Shown one piece after another: positions 12,301 through 22,544 of a DNA stretch of 64,000 nt. A program made the position numbers and the translations under genes. Numbering within the stretch: the stretch's first letter is position 1; each line of letters starts with the position of its first letter. A model generated the notes under the pieces. The model made no database searches, was not told the origin of the DNA, and worked only from the letters and a program-made list of their open reading frames with translations. The stretch is from Paragordius varius (lineage: Eukaryota; Animalia; Nematomorpha): assembly GCA_964247055.1 (NCBI GenBank), contig OZ176054.1, positions 13,330,001 through 13,394,000 on the forward strand, read 5' to 3'.

Positions 12301-13098
12301 ACAAGTTCACCTTTTTCAAATCAAATTAGACTTTTAAATCTAATCAGAAACTCCTATATATTTTAATTTACGCATATGTAGAGATATTGCCTTTGAGTTT
12401 AGTAGACGAATTCAACGCCACTGCAAAACCAGATAAGTTTGATTTCAATCATTTTGAAATGGGAAATAATGGGACAGCGCATTATGTTAATATCTTGCCT
12501 GATATAATGTTGGCTCAATGTAAAAATTGCAAACAAGTAATTTTAAAGTTTTATTCAAATTTCGTTTAAAAACTCCAACGATTTTATAAAGCAACAGTTA
12601 TATAAAAGTCTCCACATCTTTACAGTAAAAATTGAAATTTTACGGACAAAACTTAAAATTATAAAGATAAATATTTTTTTCAAATAGACAACCATATTTT
12701 TTAAATCTATATTTTTTTTACTCATTTTTTGAATTTCAAAGTATAAAATGGCGATGTGCATTAGTCTAATCAATCTGTGTATAATTGTAAAAAATGATTT
12801 ATATAGGATTAATTAAGGTTTAAAAAAGTATGGTTTTTTTTCGAAAAAAATTGTCCTTATATTATTACGTTTTGTCCGTATATAATTTTAATTTTTTCTG
12901 TAAGACACAATATTTATTAAATATTTTTTTAAAAAATGTTACTTTTATATGTTTTTAGAATATAAAAATTGCTATTTTTTTTATTTAATCCTTTATCAAT
13001 GAATATTGTAGATGTTTTATGCCGAAGAATGGGAATTTTATTTGATTCAACACAAACAATGTCCGTTTTGTAAAATGTTGCATGAAAATATCCAATAA
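6318..13098 (+). CDS. IFT122: Divergent IFT122-like intraflagellar transport A subunit, copy A; multi-exon, lacks N-terminal propeller, intactness unresolved
   Basis: The C-terminus FCYNC..LCQECLKPFIFSMLTFEILPL..HYVNILPDIMLAQCKNCKQ|MFYAEEWEFYLIQHKQCPFC parallels remembered human IFT122 LCYRC..[91 protein letters not shown] parallels [31 protein letters not shown]. The N-terminus HYYAYYVQDDCINVIDL..TLNCRYSVDFLNL parallels RYAYRDSMTDVIVQHL..RIKCKELVKKIAI. Introns include 6406-6429 (24 nt), 6489-6512 (24 nt) and 7053-7081 (29 nt). Exons in ~7262-7765 and ~8120-8458 were not resolved. Confidence 0.75.
10383..10552. repeat. Intronic ~40-44-bp minisatellite (catgtctctgtggtgttgtctcgtatcatcattgaacatacata), ~4 units
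   Basis: Tandem units downstream of the IQHFL|gtaagt donor; the paralogue in B (~34566-34690) has ~3 units. Confidence 0.9.
12623..12900. mobile_element. MITE family 1 in last IFT122 intron
   Basis: TA|CAGTAAAAATTGAAATTTTACGGACAAAAC ... TTTTCTG|TA. A near-identical copy lies at 61981-62258; related copies at ~36780-37040 and ~43050-43305. Confidence 0.8.
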
Positions 13099-13237
13099 AT
13101 TTATTATGTCCATTCAGAATTGAATTATAACACATAGTCGTATGACTAAATACAAAATTCAGAATTGAATTATAACACATAGTATTTGGCTAAATACAAA
13201 TTTTGGCTCTTAAAACAGATATATATATATATATATA

Positions 13238-13409
13238 CAGTAGCGTATGGCATAAAACATTTGTTAGGCCATAAAAGGATACAAAAATGTTCTTTTAAAA
13301 AAACAAGCCAAGTTGTATACACACACATCCATAATATCCCCTTGTTTTTTTTAAAAAAACGTTTTTTATTCTTTTATCGACTAATATTGTTTTATGCCAT
13401 ACGCTACTG
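13238..13409. mobile_element. MITE family 3 (CAGTAGCGTATGGCATAAAACA TIR), 172 bp, unique to copy A
   Basis: Perfect 22-bp terminal inverted repeat flanked by TA. Confidence 0.85.
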
Positions 13410-13643
13410 TATGTATATAATTGACTAAATGGAAGCGATTTATAAATGCAACTAAATATAAAATAATACTATAAGTATGTATGTAAAAAAATAAATATGC
13501 TGTTTTCATAAAAACAATATAAAACATAAAAATGACTTCGATAGTTACAAATATTTAGTGGCTAAAAATATCGTTTTCTTTATAAAAATATTAGTATTAA
13601 TTTTAAGGTCATTTATAAATATCTTTATTGTATAACAAATAAA

Positions 13644-14456
13644 TTATGATGAAGTTGATTCACTGCCTGAATCCGAAGAACTTGTAGTACTCTGACTAGT
13701 ACTCGAACTACTTGTTGTGCTACTTGAAGAACTTTTCGATGATGGGATTTTGCCTTTAGTTTTTTTATTACTTTTTGAAGTGTTGCTTTTTTCACTCGAA
13801 GTTGTTGAAGTGACTGAGGAAGTTGAAGATTTTTTCTTAACAAGGTTTTCTTTCTTTTCTTGAGGTTTTTTGCCATTCTTTTGGGCCAATGGTGGGGGCA
13901 TTTGTAAATCCTTTTTTCCTGTTGGGACTTTTGGTTTTGATGAAGGTAAACCTTGATTAGTAGTTGGAGTGTGGGTAGAGAGGGGTTTATTGGCTAAATT
14001 TTTGACTTCAACATTATCACATGGCAGTGGGACTGGTATTTTATCGCTAGTTTTTAATTTTTTAGCAGCGACACTTGAAAGGCTTTTTGCATCATTCACT
14101 TCTTTTTGCGTTTCTGTTGTTAAAGTGGACTCTGACGAAGATGAAGAACTTGATGTTGTCAGAACTTTTGCTTGAGGTTCCTTAACTTTGGCTGTTTTTG
14201 TCTCTGAGAGTCCTGATGTTTCGTTTTTATCCAATTTATCTGATAAGATAGGTGATTGGGAATCTCCAGCTAGTCTAGTCTCATCATCGGGTTTCTTTCC
14301 ATTTTCAAGGAGGGAAGGGGTGGTTGAGTCCATATGACCATTGGTGTGAATTGTTGTCAAATCATTATTTATTTCACCTAAATCCTGTGGAAATGCAAAA
14401 TATATTTATACATACACATTTATTATCAGCTGCTTGGAGCATTTTAGTTTAGACAT
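13644..14456 (-). CDS. Lys/Ser/Thr-rich low-complexity protein of unknown function, ~259 aa, copy A
   Basis: Exon 1 14456-14418 (MSKLKCSKQLIIN), 33-nt intron 14385-14417, exon 2 14384-13644. The same ATG, donor and acceptor are kept in paralogues at ~38664 and ~45885. Confidence 0.7.
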
Positions 14457-15314
14457 TTATTATCTTTATATGCCGTTATAATTTTTTAACATTTTGATAG
14501 CCCAACATATATTTTAAAAATATCATTAACACTCAAATTACGATCAAATAGGCTTAAACAATTCTAAAAATTGAATTTTACCCAAAATAAGTTTTTTCAA
14601 AAAATATATTTTAAAGCAAATATTAAATAATGCCTGAAGGGCATTTTTGCCTTTATTTTCAGAAAAGTAGCATATGAAAGGGTTCGAAGGTTTAAAATTT
14701 TGGAGCCACACACAAAATATTTTATATTATTACCTTGCTTGTAGATATAGCAGTTAGCTTTCGCCCGAAAAGTTAGTTAGTATAATGTGCACTAATTTTG
14801 TTATTTTATGTTAGTATTAGAGGATTGATAATCAAACCGCGGCCAACGCGCTGCATACAACAAAGGGCCTTTTATGATGCTAAAAATTCATTCAATATAT
14901 ACTTTTTTATTAGAACAAAATCTGCACATGTTTAAAATATCTGTGCAATTTCGTTAACATTTTATGGGGCGTCGCAGCCCTTAAGGCAGGAAAAAAATAT
15001 TTGAATTGGACCCCATCAAAATTTTTTTTGATGTAAAATAGAGTGTAAGTATTAATGATTAACTTATGAGGGTAAAAACTAAAAGCAACATTAGTATAAT
15101 TCTGATATTTTTATCTATGAACTAAACATTTGATCGGGATATTTTGCCTTTCAATTTTAGGCACCAATATAATCGCCATTCAAATAGTCGTCACTAGTCC
15201 CTAAAATTGTCAAGTTTTACGAATATTATTCAATCTAGCAAAGGTATATATTTAGGCATGTTTTATATATTAACCATTGTTCCCATAACTTATCTAATTT
15301 TTACAATCAACTTA

Positions 15315-16769
15315 CAGTAAAAACTGAAATTATACGGAAAAAAGACAAATATTTTTATCTAAAAGCCACCATACTATATCAATCTATTTTTTTATAACTA
15401 ATGGTTTTAAACTGCAACGTATGAAAACCATATGTAGATCGGTAAAACAATCAATTATATATTTTAAAATGTAATTATATAATTTATATGAGAAAAAGTG
15501 AGGTTTAAAAAAGTATGGTGTCTTTTGAAAAAAAAATATTTGTTTTATATTTACGTTTTGTCTGTATAATTTCAACTTTTATGGTAACTATATAAATGCA
15601 AACGTTAATAAATCATATTCATACTTAACATTTTAGATTATATCTATATGTTACGAAGAATAATAATTTAAATTCGGGTCGACTCTAAATTGTTATAAAT
15701 AAACAATTGATTATAGAATTTAAAGGGAAGCTATAATGAATAATTTTAAAACTAAAATAGATAGAATTTCATCTTGCCATCTGTAGTATATTATTGTGCA
15801 TGTGTCAATAACCGCTGAAATAGTTAGGTGTTATTCATTTGTTATACAGTAAAAATTGAAATAATACAAACGTAAAAATATAAAGGCAGATATTTTCAAA
15901 ACACAACCTTTTATTTCCCTATATAATTACAATCGTTGTAAAATATATAATTGATATGTGTTACCATTCTCTACTCCCTACTTTATAATTTGAAAACAAT
16001 AAGTATATACAGTAAAAATTGAAATTATACGGAGAAAACGTAAAAATATAAAGACGATTTTTTTTCAAAAGACAACAAAGTTTTTTAAACCATAATATTA
16101 TTTAAAATATTGACCTACAAACCACTGTAAAATATAAAATTGATGGGGTTCCCTATTAACATCTGTGTTTGATACATTTTAGGTAGTAAGTCATCCTGAA
16201 AATCAAGATTGAAGTAGGGTTGTCTTTTAAAAAAAAATATTACTTTATATTTTACGTTTTGTCCGTATAATTTCTATTTTTACTGTAAAAAATCATTTAG
16301 CTAAAAAAAATATTTGTCCGTAAATTTATCTGTATACCTTCAATTGTGCCTACTAGATGTTAAAATGGCAAAGAGTTTGACCCGTAATACAATGCATAGT
16401 TTATAAAGTATTTAAAAGCGATTTTTTGCATAAAAATTTTTTTTATCCAACTAAAAATATTTGACAAACAAATCTCTTAAAATATAATAAAAACTACACT
16501 TATACGGATAAAATGTAAAAATATAAAGGCAAATATATTTTTCTAAAAAACAACCATAATTTCTCAATCATCTAAAATTTTTATATATAAATTAATTATT
16601 CCAATAATAAATATATAATTGATTGCGTTACCAAATCTCTATTCCATACTTTGCAAATTTTAACAATTATTTAATTTTAAAAAAGGAAGATTTAAAAAAG
16701 TATGGTTGTCGTTAAAAAAAATATTTGCCTTTATATTTATGTTTCCTCTGATATTTTCAGTTTTTACTG
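15315..16769. mobile_element. Cluster of MITE family 1 copies (15315-~15584, ~15848-15990 partial, 16010-16285, ~16490-16769)
   Basis: Repeated TIR arms cagtaaaaa(c/t)tgaaattatacgga and the reverse complement. 16010-16285 has TA on both sides. Confidence 0.8.
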
Positions 16770-17356
16770 TATGTTTTTATAAAAAAAAATTTTGAGAATT
16801 TAACTGAGTTACAGCGGAATACAGACCCTTAATGAGGAGATAATACATAAGTCATTTTCGGGCATCCTGAAAACTTCTTTTTAAAAACACTCAATAAAAA
16901 TTTGGTTTTAAACATAATTAATATAAAATTTTTATTATTGCAATTAAATTCTAAAAATGAATGAATTTAAGAGAGTAAATTTGATTCCCACAAGTAATTT
17001 TAAACGTTAAAAATAAAATTAAAATACAAACTATAACAGATTTGAAAAAAAGAGGGTATTAAATTGTGATTTCAAGATGGTTATTTCTATACCATTTGCA
17101 CTTCAAGAGTGTCCTTGAACATTTCAAGTTGGTCCTTAAACAATTCAAGTTGGTCCTCGAACATTTCAAGTTGGTCATTGAACAATTTAAGTTGTTCCTT
17201 TGACTTTTTTGTTTTGTTTTAACCATAAATTTCGCATTTTTTATCTAATTATTTTTAACCTAATTTGTATTTATAATATATTTATTCATATAAATATAAT
17301 AAAATTTATTCAAAAACGACTTTTATGTTTCATACTGATTTTCCAATTTAACTAAA

Positions 17357-17651
17357 TGTTAGGCAAATTTGAAAGATATACTTTATTTTTATAATATTTT
17401 TCTGTGTTATATGCAAATGTGATATACATACTTTGGTTATATATTATAACTTTAACCCCTTATTTGAATTGTATTATTTTTGATATTTTTTGTGTTATAT
17501 GTAAATATACAACCTTTGTTACTTGGAATGTTATTGATATAATGCAAATCATGGACAGTTAAAATTGCTATATATACACCTTAAAAAAACCAAATAAATA
17601 GTTCAGTTCATTTCACATTTCTTTTATTATCTCTTATCTTAAAAGATAAAA
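17357..17651 (+). repeat. 5' LTR
   Basis: Begins TGTTAGGC, ends AAAAGATAAAA; direct repeat of 20888-21182. Confidence 0.95.
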
Positions 17652-17717
17652 TTGGTGGCAATTCGAGTACCGAACTAAGCTAGTGCTAGTGGAGGTCTTA
17701 CTGATACCCAATCGAAC

Positions 17718-20700
17718 ATGACAACGCCAATCAATCTCGCTAACCTATGCATCGAAAAATATAATGATAATATTAAGTTTGAGGAATACGTTGAGTATAT
17801 GACAAATGTTATGGAGGCAAAAGATATCCCTGTAACAGAACAAGCCCTCAAAACAACCTTGCTTGCGTATGGAGGTCTAATGGTGGTACGCAAAATCAAC
17901 CAACGACTCTATCCGAAAAAGATAAAAGATGCAGAATGGACCGAGATAATGGCAACGGGTTTAAAGGTATTCAATCCCACAAAGTCGAAATTCCAAAGCA
18001 GATTTGAGTTTTTCCGACTTGTGCGGAACAACACCGAATCGTTTACCCAATTTCTAGAACGGGTAAAAATCGCAGCCGAAGAGGCAAAATTTAAGGATTC
18101 AATAGAGGAACGGATTCGAGATGCCTTCGTCATTGGGTTACGGCAACCACAATTGGAAATTGACATACATTCAAGGTATCCCGATGCCGAGATCAACGGA
18201 CAACCCGTGCCTCTAGAAACGATAGTGGATCTCGCACTAGCACACGAGGCTGCCAGGGCTGGCCTTCATAACAATAATGATAATACCAATTATAATAATG
18301 GTAATAATTTAAATCGATTACAACACACCAATAATAATAACAAGGCCATGCGTTCACGACAGCCAACAGCAAAACCCCTAACACATTCGTGCAATCGTTG
18401 TGGTAATAGCCATGGACCAAACAAATGTCCTGCCTGGAACCGCAATTGCAATAAATGCGGAAAACCTCATCACTTCGCAAAAATGTGTAGATCAAAAAAC
18501 ACTGCCAAAAATTTGTTCAACCGCCAGATCCATAGAAAAGCAATGCCAACCTCACCATGGACCGTAAAAATAATGATAAACAACACAGAACAAACGTTTA
18601 TCTATGATACTGGAGCTGACATCAGTGTTATCAGCTTTGACACCTGGAAACAAGTTGGCAAGCCAAATATTAGACCCATACCGCCAGTAAAAGCCTACAA
18701 TAATAGCATAGTACCTCTACTGGGCGTAACAACAGTCACAGTGCAAATCAATGGGCAAAACTTGGGGAACGCAGAATGTTGTGTATTGAAAGAAAAAATG
18801 TCAAAGGCACCGCTCATTTGTGGCTTGGATTGGATCACGAGATTTAACATCGACATTCCTAAAGTACGAATTAACTTTCTTAAACTTGATAAAATTATTG
18901 AAAATTTCCCTAATCTATTTAAAGAGGAATTAGGTTGTTACATTGAGCCAGTTACAATTCATATAGCACCCAATGCCTCCCCCAAAGTTTGGCCTTGCCG
19001 CCGAGTACCGTTTCCCCTAAGAGCAAAAGTTGAAAATGAATTACTAAGATTACAAAAGTTAGACATTTTGGAGCCGATAGATCCCAACCTTACACCTCTG
19101 ACATGGGCCACGCCCACCGTTAATGTGCTCAAAGCGAATGGAGAGGTAAGAATTTGCAGCGATTTTAGAGTTACCATCAACAAGTGGCTCACTGAGGACT
19201 CTCATATCATTCCAACGTTTGATGATTTAGTGAGTAAGATTGGCGAAGGCCAAGTTTTCACTAAGATTGACTTGAAAGATGCCTATCTACAAATGCCCAT
19301 AACCAAAGCACAAGATCTCTTGACAATTGCGACTCACAAAGGATTTTTTCGCTACAAAAGGATGCCTTTCGGACTGTCAACAGCACCAATAATTTTCCAA
19401 CGAGTCATGGACCAGGTTATAAAAGATTGTCCCGGCACTTGTGCATATTTAGATGATGTTTTAGTAACTGGCAAATCTGAACAGGAACATTTAATAAATC
19501 TTAATAATGTTTTAAATCGGTTAGAATTAGCAGGTTTTAGATTAAGAAAAGATAAAATAAAAATTGGTGAACCTTCAGTAAGTTATCTGGGATTTGAAAT
19601 AAGTAATAAATTGCAGAAAGTAATTAAGGCGATTCATAACCAAGATTGGAGTGATGTTGAGTTGGCTGGGTTTACGAATCGGAAGGGAGAGATTTCGTAC
19701 CAATACGGATTGGTCAGTTTAAACGATCGAATTATCATTCCAGAAAGCTTACAGTCAAACGTGGTCAACTACTTACACAGCGGGCACAATAACGTAGAAA
19801 CAATGAAAGCAATGGCAAGGTTCACTTGTTTTTGGCCGAAATTAGAGAACGATTTGGTAAGAAGATACAGTGAGTGTAGTGCATGTCAGATAAACAAGCC
19901 AAGCCTAGTTGAAAATCCGACTTATCATTGGGATCCAAATGCTGCGATATGGGAACGGTTACACATCGATATAGCGGGACCAGTTGACGGGTATTATTGG
20001 TTGTTACTGATTGATAGCTCATCCAAATGGGCGGAAGGGTTCATGTTAAAAAAGGTTAATTCGGTAAACATATTGCATAAACTCGAGGAAACCTTTGCCA
20101 GGTTTGGGTTTCCGAGGACGGTTATTAGTGATAATGCTTCTTATTTTAGTAATTCGTACTTCACATCCACTCTAACAAACTTGGGTATTAAACACGTGAG
20201 GGTAACCCCCTATCATCCTAAAAGTAATGGGATGGTAGAAAGGTTAGTGGGGACCCTCAAGGGCAAGTATAGAAAAATCAAAAATGATAATATTTCACCA
20301 CAAGAAGCCTTCAATACCACTCTATGGTCATATCGTAATTCAATACATGCGACTACAAAAGAAACCCCGTTTCAACTACTCTTCAAACGAGTATCTCAAA
20401 CACCCCTCACCTGGATCAACACAAAAGCAACAATCTTAGACGCACCCCGTCCACGCCGTGAATTCTCAATAAACCAACCCGTAATGATGAGAAACGAACA
20501 AAATGTTGGATGGCGAGCCGGCGATGTTGTTGATAGAACGGGTCTCCTTTCGTACAGTGTGTGGGATCAGGTAAACCAGAAGATTGTCAGAAAGCATGCA
20601 GATCAGTTGAAACACGTAGACCTACCGGCCAACTCAACCGCACCGGTTACTCCAAACAATAGTAATGATAGTAATATAGACAATAACAATAATAATAATG

Positions 20701-20876
20701 ATAGTAGTATTGATAATAATAACAATAGTAATAACAATAATAATGATAAAATAAATGATAATAATAATGATAGTAGCAATGATAACATTAATAATAATAA
20801 TGACAATATCAATGCAAATCCGCACGAGCGACGTTACCCCGAGAGAATTCGGCGACCGCCGGTCCGGTTCTCTTAA
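17718..20876 (+). CDS. Gag-Pol polyprotein (gag with two zinc knuckles, aspartic protease, RT palm, integrase); no RT thumb or RNase H
   Basis: CNRCGNSHGPNKC/CNKCGKPHHFAKMC; FIYDTGADISVI; KIDLKDAY..RMPFGL..YLDDVLV; HSGH..CSAC; LHIDIAGP..VISDNASYF..SNGMVER; Asn-rich tail; terminal RRYPERIRRPPVRF. Confidence 0.93.
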   Translation: MTTPINLANLCIEKYNDNIKFEEYVEYMTNVMEAKDIPVTEQALKTTLLAYGGLMVVRKINQRLYPKKIKDAEWTEIMATGLKVFNPTKSKFQSRFEFFRLVRNNTESFTQFLERVKIAAEEAKFKDSIEERIRDAFVIGLRQPQLEIDIHSRYPDAEINGQPVPLETIVDLALAHEAARAGLHNNNDNTNYNNGNNLNRLQHTNNNNKAMRSRQPTAKPLTHSCNRCGNSHGPNKCPAWNRNCNKCGKPHHFAKMCRSKNTAKNLFNRQIHRKAMPTSPWTVKIMINNTEQTFIYDTGADISVISFDTWKQVGKPNIRPIPPVKAYNNSIVPLLGVTTVTVQINGQNLGNAECCVLKEKMSKAPLICGLDWITRFNIDIPKVRINFLKLDKIIENFPNLFKEELGCYIEPVTIHIAPNASPKVWPCRRVPFPLRAKVENELLRLQKLDILEPIDPNLTPLTWATPTVNVLKANGEVRICSDFRVTINKWLTEDSHIIPTFDDLVSKIGEGQVFTKIDLKDAYLQMPITKAQDLLTIATHKGFFRYKRMPFGLSTAPIIFQRVMDQVIKDCPGTCAYLDDVLVTGKSEQEHLINLNNVLNRLELAGFRLRKDKIKIGEPSVSYLGFEISNKLQKVIKAIHNQDWSDVELAGFTNRKGEISYQYGLVSLNDRIIIPESLQSNVVNYLHSGHNNVETMKAMARFTCFWPKLENDLVRRYSECSACQINKPSLVENPTYHWDPNAAIWERLHIDIAGPVDGYYWLLLIDSSSKWAEGFMLKKVNSVNILHKLEETFARFGFPRTVISDNASYFSNSYFTSTLTNLGIKHVRVTPYHPKSNGMVERLVGTLKGKYRKIKNDNISPQEAFNTTLWSYRNSIHATTKETPFQLLFKRVSQTPLTWINTKATILDAPRPRREFSINQPVMMRNEQNVGWRAGDVVDRTGLLSYSVWDQVNQKIVRKHADQLKHVDLPANSTAPVTPNNSNDSNIDNNNNNNDSSIDNNNNSNNNNNDKINDNNNDSSNDNINNNNDNINANPHERRYPERIRRPPVRFS

Positions 20877-20887
20877 GGGGGAAGTGA

Positions 20888-21182
20888 TGTTAGGCAAATT
20901 TGAAAGATATACTTTATTTTTATAATATTTTTCTGTGTTATATGCAAATGTGATATACATACTTTGGTTATATATTATAACTTTAACCCCTTATTTGAAT
21001 TGTATTATTTTTGATATTTTTTGTGTTATATGTAAATATACAACCTTTGTTACTTGGAATGTTATTGATATAATGCAAATCATGGACAGTTAAAATTGCT
21101 ATATATACACCTTAAAAAAACCAAATAAATAGTTCAGTTCATTTCACATTTCTTTTATTATCTCTTATCTTAAAAGATAAAA
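20888..21182 (+). repeat. 3' LTR
   Basis: Direct repeat of 17357-17651. Confidence 0.95.
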
Positions 21183-22544
21183 CTAAATTATTAACTTTTT
21201 AATGTTTTCAATGAAAGATTATAAATAATAACTACAAAAACTTAACTTCGTGTTAAAATCTTATAAATATCCAAAATAATTTAAATAAATTAATAAAGAT
21301 ATACGGTTTCTCAATAAAAGTTGATATTGATTTAATATTTATGTTAAATAATAGAAAATAGGTTAAAACGATAAAATAGATGAATCTACAATTTGATTGA
21401 TAAAAGTTAAAAACAAAAAAGTCAAAGGACCAACTGAAACTAGACCTTAAAGCTCTCTCCAAGTTATTAGGATAAGCCAATGATTTGTTTTGTAAAAAAT
21501 GTAAATTATTTTTATTACACTATTATGCTATCAGAAAATAAAAACGATAATTACTGTTGTGAGTCTTTAATGTCAAATTATGCAGGAATTTTTTGTTCAA
21601 GTATCGTTGTGTGGGTGTCTTCATGTCTATCCTGAAATTTTGTTTTTTCCTAGCAAATATATACATATTTAAATTTTTGATGTGCTATTATCATAAAAAT
21701 TAGATATAAAAAAGATAACAAACAATTTTTTATACTAAACCTTATTTAACACTTTATTTCCTTTCGAGGTAGTTTTATATCCCAACATATTTACAAGATT
21801 TTTAAAAAAGCATGGGGTCTAATTCTAAAATATGCTTTTAGCGTTTTAGGCGCATAATATAAAAGCATCCATTTTTATCTTTGATTTATTTTGAATCGCA
21901 TATACTAAACAAACAAATAATAGTGGAAAATGATTTTTGACAGAAGTTGAAATCGTAATACGTGGGAAAACACGTATAAATATAAAAAGAACTTTTGAAA
22001 GGTTTTTTTCGATAATTATATTAAAATAAGGTCTTTTAAACTATATATATATATAAGCTCTTGTATAATACATACAAGAGAACCAGGTATTATTAATAAC
22101 CTGCAAAACGTACCTATTTACAAGTTAAAGGTGTGGGGTACAGAATTTTCCAAATAATCGTCTTTAAAAAGGGTATTGAGTGTTAATAAAAAAAATTTGG
22201 ATAATTATGATATCGTGGAATTGACGTGAGAAACTAAAATAAAACGATTTCTCTAAGATATTATATTAAACACATTACCTCGTGAAATTAAAACAAAAAT
22301 TTTAAACGGTTTAATTTTTTATGAGAGTATATGTCAAAATAGTTGAACCATTTGCAAAATATAGTAAAATAGCAAATTCTTAAGCTTATTTTTATATAAG
22401 TTTCGATATGTCAAGCGTCAAAAATGCAAAATCAAAATTTATAATAAATTAAAGTGTATAAATTTTATAAAATATGAGAGTTTTAATAGTTAAAAAATTG
22501 AACAAAGAATTGATATTTTTAGTTTTGCACACTGGTAGCTACAC

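Larger units (their letters stand above)
17357..21182 (+). mobile_element. Ty3/gypsy-type LTR retrotransposon, 3826 bp
   Basis: 295-bp LTRs at 17357-17651 and 20888-21182, identical by eye. Target duplication CTAAA (17352-17356 and 21183-21187; ACTAAA if the LTR ends 1 nt earlier). PBS-like TGGTGGCAA at 17653; polypurine tract AAGGGGGGAAG just before the 3' LTR; gene order PR-RT-INT. Confidence 0.96.
17090..21435. mobile_element. MITE family 2 copy, inverted relative to 43600-44644 and split by the LTR retrotransposon
   Basis: Left end TA|TACCATTTGCACTTCAAGAGTGTCC with ~4 21-bp repeats. Segments 17220-17350 and 21260-21435 match the reverse complement of the interior of the 43600-44644 element. 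The right TIR is not recognisable. Confidence 0.75.

Noticed and set aside
13100-13205. ~45-bp direct duplication in the 3' region of IFT122-like copy A
   Set aside because: It is a simple local slippage duplication with no functional signature.
20603-20960. Minus-strand poly-Leu/Ile 'membrane' ORFs
   Set aside because: They are antisense shadows of the Asn-rich AAT repeat in the integrase tail.
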